IMG/VR virus record: IMGVR_UViG_3300032307_000764
Location: 64,001 to 128,000 of that record
Length of the DNA stretch: 64,000 bases
Reading direction: 5' to 3' (one strand)
Source: a virus
Lineage: Duplodnaviria; Caudoviricetes
Below the pieces are notes generated by a model. It did not search any database, had not been told where the DNA came from, and worked only from the letters and a program-made list of their open reading frames with translations. This document shows, one piece after another, positions 19,847-29,313 of this stretch. Made by a program: the position numbers and the translations under genes. Positions within the stretch are counted from its first letter, which is position 1. Every line of letters starts with the position of its first letter.

Positions 19847-22800
19847 TTGGCAAGGAAGATAATAAAACAAACGGCTTCTTTTGGAGTACTAAGAGCAAAT
19901 CCGAGAATATCTGGTAACGTAAAAATTACCGTAGATTCTAATAGTGATATATGGCTAAATTCCATAGATTCTAACCCAGAGATGTCCAATCGTGCCTATA
20001 AGGCATTTAGAATCACGACTGAGTCAACTTTTGATAAGGATTTATATAACTTTTTTAACGAAGGTAAAACTCCAACACAATTTGTATTTGGATTGGTTGG
20101 CGAGGACTCACCGGTACAGAATCAATTAAACGACCTTTCTCAGGTTTATAATTTTACTTATAGTTCTGGGGTTAGTCCTTTAATATCTGATAGCTACTCA
20201 GAAGATTTCTCTTATCTTGCACCTCTATGGTTAGGAAGTGATATACCTGACTATTTTGTAATATTTAAAGTCAATGATCCTATAGATTATTCTTATCAAG
20301 TGCCAGTAACAACACTAGAAATAGGAAAGACATATAAAGTATTACAAGATCCATCGGTTGATATTAATTCATCTGGATATGCTCCATATCAAGTATCCAG
20401 TGGATCTGTTACATATACGGATGGACAGGTTTTTACTGCTACTGTATCAACATTTACTATTTTACAAGGACAGGGAATCGTTACATTAATGGATCCTTTA
20501 TATAATTTGGCAAATGTTGAGAATTCTTCAGATCATTTTTACGATAAGATATTACCTAAGTCAACAGCAGTTGCTACTTTCGATCTAACTGAGAATTCTA
20601 ATATCGGTAAATATCTAAGAAAAATAAAAAATTCTTCAGGATTTAGCGAGAGCTTAATTGATGTTAGATTCGAGGAAGGACAACTTACAACATTTAATGG
20701 AGTAAATTACCAATCTGGTGTTTTTGATAAAAAAGGAGACTATCTTTTAGATTACTATCAAAATCCAGAAACACAAATAGCATTTGAAGATTTCGTAACT
20801 GATGGGTTTAGATCTAATGGAATAATTAGTTGTAAATTATTAAATCTTGAATTTTTATTCAGTGACGTCGAGGCTAAAGATTATACAATTAATAGATACT
20901 TCGGACTTTATGTTAATGCAGCCGAAATGGCAAGCTTTAAGCTGAGTGGTGATGCCTTATACAAAAGTTTAGGATCTTCTGGTAACACTCCAGTGCCTCA
21001 AAGAAATGATAAGGGATATTTTTATCAGGATACAAAATATTATCAATATAACGATAATGGAGTTAGACTTTATGTAGATCCTAATTATATCTCCGGGGTT
21101 CTTCCTAGTTCTTACGATGTAAATGTTTTAGAGTCAACAAAATTATTTTGGATAAAAGATAAAAACGGAAGCTTCCATTCTTTGAAAAGATCAGATACCT
21201 ATTCAATATCTCCTCAATCTAATGGATCTGATTATGGATTATCTGGTACTGAAAATCAGTTAGTTATACAAGACACATCCGTAGATATTTCTCTTTTTAC
21301 TGGAAAAGACGAAGCCACTAAAAAACAATACCCTGGTGCAACCACTGGAGATAAAGGTAGGGGATATTCTGTAATAAGAATAGGATCAAGCTTAATCTCT
21401 AGTTACGAGGACTGCTTTGTTTTTTATAATCCATTAGGATTTTACGGTAATCCTGGAGGTAAATATGATTTAATTAAGGCATCAGATTTATCTTCTGTAG
21501 TAGACGAATGGATTCCAGGTAGCTATTATTCTCAAGATGGAGCTTATTATTATAACCCTTTAGGTACTCCTGAGGAAGTCGCTAAATCTTTATCTGGGGT
21601 TTTTAATAGTTTTAATTATAATTCATTCGAAGCTTTTCAAAGCGGTGATGAAGTAGTTATAAGAACAAGAGCAACAGGTACACAGGAAAATACCAAATAT
21701 TATTTAGACTTTTTCCAAGATTTTACTAATTCTCAAAGAATGCCTAATTCTAGAAGAGGAATAGTTTTTATTAACGAAAAAGATGTATGTGATATAAATC
21801 AAAGACAGTCTTTCTTAGGAGGATCCAATTATTCTAATACGAGAGTTAAAGTAAAAATAGAAGATGCTAACAAGATAGAGGTTGGAAAAACTTTTATTGA
21901 GACTGTAAGAAATACATCAACAGATACTTATAGTGGGCTTCCTGAATATTCAAATAAATCAGCTTCAGTAGTAGTAGGGAAATATAGATTTATAGATCAA
22001 TACGCAAAAGATGAAAACGGGACAATAATAGGACTTAAGGATTTTGAAACACACGCTACTTTAGAAATAGCTAACTTCACTGAAAGTATTTCCTTAGGGT
22101 CATCAAGCAATATATCAGCTTTTAATACATTTGATATCGATCTTGGTATTTTTTCTTTCTATGGATTAAGAGAATTAGATACAGACTTCTGGTATAGCCA
22201 ATACGGTTATACACCAACACAAGAATATTATAAATATTTAGACGTACAACCTGAGGGGGTTACTAAAATAATTCCTGGAAAATCTTACTTTGTTTCTTCT
22301 GGAACAGAGATATCTTATGATATTTATAGCTCTATATCGGGTCCTACTTTTTTTGAAGGAGTTGCTGGGTCTGATTCTTATACTCTTATAACTTCTTCAA
22401 CTGGTGCTGAATCTAATGTTTTTCCTACATTAAATTCTAGGGGTAATATAACATCTGGTGTAACAGTTTCTAATTTCGATAATGCTTTCTACCCAGACCT
22501 AGATGCTTTCCCGGGATTTTACGGGATACAATCCCTACAATTTATTAATAACCAGATAGGTATAGATACAAAATATCAACAGCTAAATTTCGGTAAATTA
22601 GATTCAGAATATGATTATACACAGGATAATTACAATCCTGATTATGCTATAAATAGTAGAGTAAGCCCGTATATTACTAAATGGGTTTATAGAGGGGGAA
22701 CAGATATCAGAGGTAATGGATATAGGTTAAACGCAAACGTTGCTTTTAGTCCTCTTAATTTTTCTCCTAGTTTTTTTAGAAGAACACAAGATCCTCAGTA

Positions 22801-25456
22801 TTTTACTCACGAATGGTACCAGTTACAAAAACCACCTTATTCTTTACCTGAAGAAAATTTACATAAGGATAAAAGTTATTTAGCAGGAGAGATTAATCTT
22901 AATGATCTTTATGATGCTAATCCTTCGCTAAGAGATTATTTCTTAGATTACTTTTCAATAGAGGGTGAGGACTTTGTTAATTATTATACAGGAAGTAATA
23001 CTGTAGAAAATATAGACCTAACTGAAAGATATACTGTTTTCAATTACAATACAGGGAATGGCTTTTCTGAAACTTTATTCAGAGGTGCTAAAGCTAGAAT
23101 AAAAAGAACATTTACTGATTATGCTCAAGGAGAATCAGTAAAATATATAAACGACGATAGATTTTATGAGGGATATAAATTCTCATGTGTTATTATACCT
23201 GTTGAAAATATAAAAGATGAAATACAAGCTCCTGTTAAGATAGAAATAGTAGAAAATAGGACTTTTAAAAATATAACTTTTGTTGTTAAGGTTCTTATAG
23301 ATGATATGAGAGCATTAAATTTTGAGGAGATTAGTCCAGATAATCAGTATTTAGATCTAGATTATTTTTTACTATATTCCTTAAAGGATAAATTAGATAA
23401 GCAATTCTCTCCTATATCCTCTTCGCCATCTTGGCTTCCTAGCTCTTTGATAGAATTACCTAAAGTCGGTGATGTTAAACTATCATCTGCACTAAATATA
23501 ACATCAGTTCCTAACCAGCAGGGATTATTCTCTGCTGTAAATAATGGAACATTAGGACAGCAAGGAGTAATATATTCTATAGATAATCCTGAATATGAAT
23601 CAGATTTAAGGGACGAAATTAACTTTACTTATTTGCCTTCTACTATACCTACTTCTGGTAGCTCAGTTGGACCAGGATCTTTCTATGGATTGGTAGGTCC
23701 TACAGGAACTACTGGGGGTTATACATTGCCTTTCCCTACCGGGGTTGGGCAGGATTTTATAAATTTTACTAGCACAGATTCTTTCTATTTCTTTAACTTT
23801 AATGATATAGGATTACCAGGTCCATTAAACGTTCCTACACTTGCTAATTACAATACAGTTTCTAATATACCTGTGTATCAGAGAGAAGGAGGAAAAGGAT
23901 ACTGGAGTAAGGTATTAGAGAAGATATCTTTTGCTAATCTATCCTTTTGGGTAAATACTGGGTATCCTTATATAGAATACAAATCTTACGTTTGGAACGA
24001 AACAACTAAAACAACTGATCTATTAAATGACCAGTTTGTTATTGAATTTTTACAACCATCAGCTTTTGAACAAAATACTATATTAATAACTGAGGAAGTA
24101 ACAAATAAGCCTCCGGAGTTTTCTGCAACTAATGTAGGATATACAGTTTCTGAAGTTTCTGGACAAACAGAGCTTTACAGATATAGCGGGGAATACGTTC
24201 CTAGCTTTAGAGAGATATTAAAATTTGAGAATGTTAAATATGATGGTCCTTTATGGACTGTACCCGATTACTATACATTCTCTGTTAAAGTTGTGTCTAA
24301 AACAGTAAGTTCTATCAATTACGATCTAGGATCTAACTATTGCTACGAGATAAACGGAACAATCCAAAATAAGATAACTTTAGTAAAAGGTATAACTTAT
24401 TATTTTGATCTTAGTGATCCGTCTAATTTAAACAATCAGATATATTTCTCCGAAAGTAATATAGGAAATAACTTTTCAATCGACGGGATTACTCAGGGAT
24501 ATACCCTATTTGGAACACCAGGAACTCCTGGATCATATGTACAATTCGATGTTCCTTACGATCTTCCAACAACGGTCTATTATGTTTCTAACGGAGACAA
24601 ATATATGGGTAACTCTATTAAGTCTATAGACCCTATAGAATATTCTTATTGCTCTTTTGGTCCTTATAGAGACGATTTCGGTAAGGTTAAAAATGTAAAT
24701 TATTATAAGTATTCAACTCAATGGATATACGGGATAGGGAAAGACTCTCCTTATAATCCTATTTATAATTTAATAAACGAAACACCAGTGGATAAAAGGG
24801 ATCTTTCACTGTTTGAAAGTTCTTGGGATCCTGGATTTTATAGACAATATACTTCACCTACAGCTTATACAAGCTTACCTGGTACTAGAAGTATGAAAGA
24901 AGAAAAATCTTTCTTCGGAAGTAAAGTAATGCAAACGCCTGATACTATAAATTCTCAAAAACAGATAGTTTATCCTAATTCTTTAGATGGAGTTCTTGAT
25001 CTAAATTATGACAATTACCCTAACTATGAGATATTATGGGAAAATACATCTACTGAGATCAAGGGTGTTTTGCTAATGGATAGAATGATAACTAGATATT
25101 TCCTAGAAAATGGAGGTAAACAAACTTTTGATCAATTTATAATTCCTGAATTTGGATTTGGCTCGTTGACTGATGTTAACGATGACTTCTCCGAATATAT
25201 GAAATTAAACGTTATTCCAATATTCCAATCTAAGAATAATGGATCATACCTGAAGAAAGTTCCGGTAGCAAATCCCGAATCACTAACACCTATAATAGGT
25301 AATTTACAGGATTATCAAAAATTAATCAATGGATATTACCCTTCACAGGATATTAGATACACCAAAGTAAATGAGTTAAGATATGAATTTAGGATACCTA
25401 AGGATCCTTCATTCAACTATTCATTAGCTTTTTCTATACAAATTGGAAAAATTTAA
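19847..25456 (+). CDS. Very large virion structural protein containing a cupredoxin-like fibre domain
   Basis: 1869 aa, TTG start; ITLVKGITYYFDLSDPSN...GTPGTPGSYVQFDVPYDLPTTVYY segment. Confidence 0.5.
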   Translation: MARKIIKQTASFGVLRANPRISGNVKITVDSNSDIWLNSIDSNPEMSNRAYKAFRITTESTFDKDLYNFFNEGKTPTQFVFGLVGEDSPVQNQLNDLSQVYNFTYSSGVSPLISDSYSEDFSYLAPLWLGSDIPDYFVIFKVNDPIDYSYQVPVTTLEIGKTYKVLQDPSVDINSSGYAPYQVSSGSVTYTDGQVFTATVSTFTILQGQGIVTLMDPLYNLANVENSSDHFYDKILPKSTAVATFDLTENSNIGKYLRKIKNSSGFSESLIDVRFEEGQLTTFNGVNYQSGVFDKKGDYLLDYYQNPETQIAFEDFVTDGFRSNGIISCKLLNLEFLFSDVEAKDYTINRYFGLYVNAAEMASFKLSGDALYKSLGSSGNTPVPQRNDKGYFYQDTKYYQYNDNGVRLYVDPNYISGVLPSSYDVNVLESTKLFWIKDKNGSFHSLKRSDTYSISPQSNGSDYGLSGTENQLVIQDTSVDISLFTGKDEATKKQYPGATTGDKGRGYSVIRIGSSLISSYEDCFVFYNPLGFYGNPGGKYDLIKASDLSSVVDEWIPGSYYSQDGAYYYNPLGTPEEVAKSLSGVFNSFNYNSFEAFQSGDEVVIRTRATGTQENTKYYLDFFQDFTNSQRMPNSRRGIVFINEKDVCDINQRQSFLGGSNYSNTRVKVKIEDANKIEVGKTFIETVRNTSTDTYSGLPEYSNKSASVVVGKYRFIDQYAKDENGTIIGLKDFETHATLEIANFTESISLGSSSNISAFNTFDIDLGIFSFYGLRELDTDFWYSQYGYTPTQEYYKYLDVQPEGVTKIIPGKSYFVSSGTEISYDIYSSISGPTFFEGVAGSDSYTLITSSTGAESNVFPTLNSRGNITSGVTVSNFDNAFYPDLDAFPGFYGIQSLQFINNQIGIDTKYQQLNFGKLDSEYDYTQDNYNPDYAINSRVSPYITKWVYRGGTDIRGNGYRLNANVAFSPLNFSPSFFRRTQDPQYFTHEWYQLQKPPYSLPEENLHKDKSYLAGEINLNDLYDANPSLRDYFLDYFSIEGEDFVNYYTGSNTVENIDLTERYTVFNYNTGNGFSETLFRGAKARIKRTFTDYAQGESVKYINDDRFYEGYKFSCVIIPVENIKDEIQAPVKIEIVENRTFKNITFVVKVLIDDMRALNFEEISPDNQYLDLDYFLLYSLKDKLDKQFSPISSSPSWLPSSLIELPKVGDVKLSSALNITSVPNQQGLFSAVNNGTLGQQGVIYSIDNPEYESDLRDEINFTYLPSTIPTSGSSVGPGSFYGLVGPTGTTGGYTLPFPTGVGQDFINFTSTDSFYFFNFNDIGLPGPLNVPTLANYNTVSNIPVYQREGGKGYWSKVLEKISFANLSFWVNTGYPYIEYKSYVWNETTKTTDLLNDQFVIEFLQPSAFEQNTILITEEVTNKPPEFSATNVGYTVSEVSGQTELYRYSGEYVPSFREILKFENVKYDGPLWTVPDYYTFSVKVVSKTVSSINYDLGSNYCYEINGTIQNKITLVKGITYYFDLSDPSNLNNQIYFSESNIGNNFSIDGITQGYTLFGTPGTPGSYVQFDVPYDLPTTVYYVSNGDKYMGNSIKSIDPIEYSYCSFGPYRDDFGKVKNVNYYKYSTQWIYGIGKDSPYNPIYNLINETPVDKRDLSLFESSWDPGFYRQYTSPTAYTSLPGTRSMKEEKSFFGSKVMQTPDTINSQKQIVYPNSLDGVLDLNYDNYPNYEILWENTSTEIKGVLLMDRMITRYFLENGGKQTFDQFIIPEFGFGSLTDVNDDFSEYMKLNVIPIFQSKNNGSYLKKVPVANPESLTPIIGNLQDYQKLINGYYPSQDIRYTKVNELRYEFRIPKDPSFNYSLAFSIQIGKI

Positions 25457-25472
25457 TGAGGTGTGAATTTTT

Positions 25473-25480
25473 GATATATA
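25473..25480 (+). promoter_or_regulatory. Putative late promoter GATATATA
   Basis: 18 nt upstream of the tail fibre ATG. Confidence 0.55.
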
Positions 25481-25498
25481 ATAGAACTATAACTAGAG

Positions 25499-28315
25499 AT
25501 GCCACAGATTAACATATTAAACATTCTCCAAGGAGATAATCAATCAACAATAGTTGATAAACTTAACTATAATTTTGATCAGATCCTAAGTGCTGGTGGA
25601 GGTCCTCAGGGACAAAGAGGAATCGAGGGTCCAACTGGACCTATAGGACCTCAAGGACCTCAGGGGGTTCAAGGACCTCAAGGACCTTCTGGAACCAAAT
25701 GGTTCGTACAAGAGACATCGCCCGCTTCAGGAGGTATTACTGGATCAAATCCTTGGCAATTCCCAACAATTGGTGATTATTGGCTTGATCCTGATTCAGC
25801 AACACAGGAAATTTATGTTTTTAGTGCAACTGGATGGGTTAATACAGGATACGGTCTAGCTGCGGGAGACTTATTCCAAAAAGTTACTCCAATAGATATT
25901 AGTGGTGGAGGAACGGGTCAGGGTATACTAATAGCAGGAACAGCTTCTAATCAATCTTTAGTTTTATCTGATAATAGTGTTAATGATTACACCCCTGGTG
26001 GATCGGGAATAAAAAACATCAACTACGAGAATGCAAAATTGAAAATTGCAACAGAAAATTCAAGAACTAAAATATTAAGTTTTGGTAGAGCAGATTTCGA
26101 TACTACAGTGGGTGGATCAGGAACAACAGGTAATCAAAGGAATCCTTCTATAGATTGGGATGCTTCAGTTTCTGGGTCTAATTATTACGATATTTCTTTT
26201 AGAAACCCTGGAGGATCTATATCAATATCATCGCTATCTTCTGCAGCTTCTGGAGGTGTTAATATATTTGCAAATGGCGAGATTAGCTCTGAATCATCTG
26301 CTGATAACATCATATTAAAAACAGCTTCTATTAATAAAGGCATATTTGTTAATACAGCATCTAATGGTGGATTTATAGAATTTAATACTAACGGATCAAC
26401 TAATCAAGCTAATGCACCATTGTTTGCAAATGCAACGGGAGTAGGTATAGGATTAGGAACAGGAGAATTTAAACAAGGTGGAGCTGATGCAAGAAAGCTT
26501 GGTGTATATGGAAACGTAAGTATATCTAAAACAGTTTCAAAGCATACTGGAGATTTATTCACAGGTGATTCTTTAGCCCCCTTAAATAATGATAAGGGTG
26601 TTTTATTTGTCGAGGGATTTGGTGCTTTCGGTCATAACAATCCTACAGGTGTTCCTGCAGGTACATTATTTCCTACGACAGGTGCAGCAGAAGCGCAAGG
26701 AAGATTTCCCCAGGTTTGGGTTACTTCTCCTAACTATGGACCGGGATTACAAGTAAAAACATTAGGTAATGCTACATATACTTCACGTACCGTTATAGGT
26801 GACGGTGTATTCGATTATAATGCAGCAGGAGGTTTAAACGGAGTTGCTGGTACAGGATCAGATATAACTCAAGAATTTTTTGTAAGTAGCCACAATTTTG
26901 CTGCTAATGCTCCTATAATGAGTTATCAGCATAAGGTTTCAAACTCTTCGAATACTACAGGTACTGCCCCGGTATTTGCTGTGACTACATATTCTAATGC
27001 TGGTGTATATAATAGTAATACATCTGTGCAGAAGACTGTAATTCAGACTAGGAATTCAAATGCTTCTTTAATATTGCAAGCTAACTCTACAGGTCAGCCA
27101 GACAATAATAATGTTTCTATAGGAGCTAGAGAAAATTCTATGATATCTGTTTATGGAGGCCCTACTGGATCTACAGAATTCGGTACTGTATCTATTGGAT
27201 ATCAATCTAATACATATAAAGGGACTACAGGTAGCATAAGTTCTCTTGGTAATTTTCAGCCTCTAAGCGTGCTATCCCCTTCTATTAAGAATCGTGTTTA
27301 TGCTGATCATGCTCTTACCATTGGAGGCGTTCAAACAATAGGAACTTCTGATCCCAATTCATTATTTACTTCTGGAGTAAATCAGAGCTCTCCTGTGGGT
27401 GCGGTTTCTATGTTAAAGATTCATAGAAATTTGGGGGTATCAACTACAACATCAGGAACAGGTACATACGTAGGAAGTTCTAAAGGTCTTACTCCAATTG
27501 GAAATGATTATCCTAATGGATTAGAGATAACATCTTATATTCCTAATTCTTTTTCTTTAACTACAACTGGAAATAGATCAGTAGCTTTCGCAGTAGGTGC
27601 TTCAACTAATATTGCTAGCTCTACGGGTGCTAAGCTATATGCTAATACTACAGGTTTCTTTGTATCGGATACTGGTGAAAATATTGCGATAGGATCACAA
27701 CTGGATTTTACTACTGCATTAAATGTATCTGGTGCAGGATCTGATTTTGCAATCAGAGCAAAAGGGTCGATAGGGGTAACTGGTAACGTTGGTGTAACTG
27801 GAGATCTTACTGTTAGCTCTGACGGTATTTTCGGAGCTACTGCTTATGCAAACGGAGGGGAGATTACTACAGCATTAAAAGTTGGGACAACTGGAGGATC
27901 TGGATCCGTGACAATAAACGGAACTAGTCCAATAAAGAAAATAAATGCTGGTTACTGCTTTTTCTTTTTTAATGCAAATACTGGGCAAGATCCTCAGATA
28001 TATTATCCAGGGGGCGGGCCAACATCCACTGAATGGCCTTCATTTCCTTCTGGATTTGGGGTAAACGTAGTTTCTGGATCATCTAGTGCCAACGCAGCTG
28101 CTATAGTAATAACTCATCCTGTACAAGATGTACAAAAAACAGTTGTAAATATTACAGGAAGATATGCAGGAGGTGGATTTGATGATTCACTTACTACTTT
28201 TTTTACAACACAGCCCCAATCTACAACTACAGTGATTTATTTAAGATCCCCTTTATGGGCTGATAATAATAACGTTAAACTAGGTTTCAATTTTACATTT
28301 ATTGAATATGTATAA
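25499..28315 (+). CDS. Tail fibre protein with collagen-like repeat
   Basis: N-terminal MPQINILNILQGDNQSTIVDKLNYNF, then (GXY)10 collagen and a Gly/Thr/Asn-rich body. Confidence 0.75.
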   Translation: MPQINILNILQGDNQSTIVDKLNYNFDQILSAGGGPQGQRGIEGPTGPIGPQGPQGVQGPQGPSGTKWFVQETSPASGGITGSNPWQFPTIGDYWLDPDSATQEIYVFSATGWVNTGYGLAAGDLFQKVTPIDISGGGTGQGILIAGTASNQSLVLSDNSVNDYTPGGSGIKNINYENAKLKIATENSRTKILSFGRADFDTTVGGSGTTGNQRNPSIDWDASVSGSNYYDISFRNPGGSISISSLSSAASGGVNIFANGEISSESSADNIILKTASINKGIFVNTASNGGFIEFNTNGSTNQANAPLFANATGVGIGLGTGEFKQGGADARKLGVYGNVSISKTVSKHTGDLFTGDSLAPLNNDKGVLFVEGFGAFGHNNPTGVPAGTLFPTTGAAEAQGRFPQVWVTSPNYGPGLQVKTLGNATYTSRTVIGDGVFDYNAAGGLNGVAGTGSDITQEFFVSSHNFAANAPIMSYQHKVSNSSNTTGTAPVFAVTTYSNAGVYNSNTSVQKTVIQTRNSNASLILQANSTGQPDNNNVSIGARENSMISVYGGPTGSTEFGTVSIGYQSNTYKGTTGSISSLGNFQPLSVLSPSIKNRVYADHALTIGGVQTIGTSDPNSLFTSGVNQSSPVGAVSMLKIHRNLGVSTTTSGTGTYVGSSKGLTPIGNDYPNGLEITSYIPNSFSLTTTGNRSVAFAVGASTNIASSTGAKLYANTTGFFVSDTGENIAIGSQLDFTTALNVSGAGSDFAIRAKGSIGVTGNVGVTGDLTVSSDGIFGATAYANGGEITTALKVGTTGGSGSVTINGTSPIKKINAGYCFFFFNANTGQDPQIYYPGGGPTSTEWPSFPSGFGVNVVSGSSSANAAAIVITHPVQDVQKTVVNITGRYAGGGFDDSLTTFFTTQPQSTTTVIYLRSPLWADNNNVKLGFNFTFIEYV
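25601..25693 (+). repeat. Collagen-like (Gly-X-Y)10 coding repeat
   Basis: GPQGQRGIEGPTGPIGPQGPQGVQGPQGPSG. Confidence 0.9.
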
Positions 28316-28523
28316 GGAATGGTTCATACAAAGATATTCAGATATTCATGATGACCTGAATAAATTAGAAATGGAAATAGAAGAGCATTTAAAAAATAAA
28401 AGTGATCTACTATCTGATGATAAAAAATTAGAAGATCTGAAAAGGAAGACAATAGATACGATAGATCTATTAAATAAAACAAGAGAAGATGAAAGAAGAA
28501 TCTTTAATTACGAAAATTCTTAA
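28308..28523 (+). CDS. Small coiled-coil hypothetical protein
   Basis: ATG at 28308 preferred over the track TTG at 28302; heptad-like sequence. Confidence 0.5.
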   Translation: MYKEWFIQRYSDIHDDLNKLEMEIEEHLKNKSDLLSDDKKLEDLKRKTIDTIDLLNKTREDERRIFNYENS

Positions 28524-29286
28524 AAGAAAGGATTTAATTCTTTTAGGAGGTGTAGCTATACTTTGTTTAATGTTATTTAAACAATGTAATAACGCTTCTA
28601 ATTTGAAAAAACAATTAGAGATCCAGGATATGAATTTGGATGCTTTAAACGACACTGTACGACTTCAAAAAAATAAGGCAGGTGAGGATACTTATGTGAG
28701 AAAAACTCTTCTTGCAACTAAAGACAATTTAGAAAAACTAAATAAAGATCTTGCTGACGAATTAAAGAAAGTTAAAGGACAGGTTCTTGTTTTACAAAAT
28801 GTCGAAACAGTAATAGAAACAGACACACAATACGTAAACAATTATCTCACTGTTTATGCAGACGGAAGTTATAGTTTGGATTGGAAATTCGATACAATAT
28901 TTTCACCTAATAACTACAGAAAATTCTCGGGAAATAGCTTCTTTAAAATAGATTCCATCACACATAAAGTAACCCCAGGATCAACTAGAATAAATCAGGA
29001 TGAATTAGGATTCTCTTTCATAACCGGTATTAGAGAAAAAGATAAAGCCCTTGAAATATTTGTTACCCCAAAATATCCAGGAATGAGAATTACTGAAATC
29101 GAAGGAGCAATTATAGATCCTCATAAATCGGACGTTTTAAAATCAATGTTTCCAGATAAGAAATTCTCCGTTGGTCCTTACGTTGGTGTTGGTATAGGAA
29201 CGGGTTACGGATTAAACGGAAGCTCTATTACCGGCGCTATGTTTAATGTAGGTTTCTCGTTACAGTATTCTTTGTTTAAATTTTAA
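28489..29286 (+). CDS. Membrane-anchored coiled-coil protein with C-terminal beta-hairpin; candidate spanin
   Basis: TM segment LILLGGVAILCLMLF, coiled coil, C-terminal FSVGPYVGVGIG...FNVGFSLQYSLFKF ending in Phe. Confidence 0.5.
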   Translation: MKEESLITKILKRKDLILLGGVAILCLMLFKQCNNASNLKKQLEIQDMNLDALNDTVRLQKNKAGEDTYVRKTLLATKDNLEKLNKDLADELKKVKGQVLVLQNVETVIETDTQYVNNYLTVYADGSYSLDWKFDTIFSPNNYRKFSGNSFFKIDSITHKVTPGSTRINQDELGFSFITGIREKDKALEIFVTPKYPGMRITEIEGAIIDPHKSDVLKSMFPDKKFSVGPYVGVGIGTGYGLNGSSITGAMFNVGFSLQYSLFKF

Positions 29287-29300
29287 GGAGATATAATAAG

Positions 29301-29309
29301 GAATATATA
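29301..29309 (+). promoter_or_regulatory. Putative late promoter GAATATATA
   Basis: 4 nt upstream of ATG 29314. Confidence 0.55.
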
Positions 29310-29313
29310 AGGC

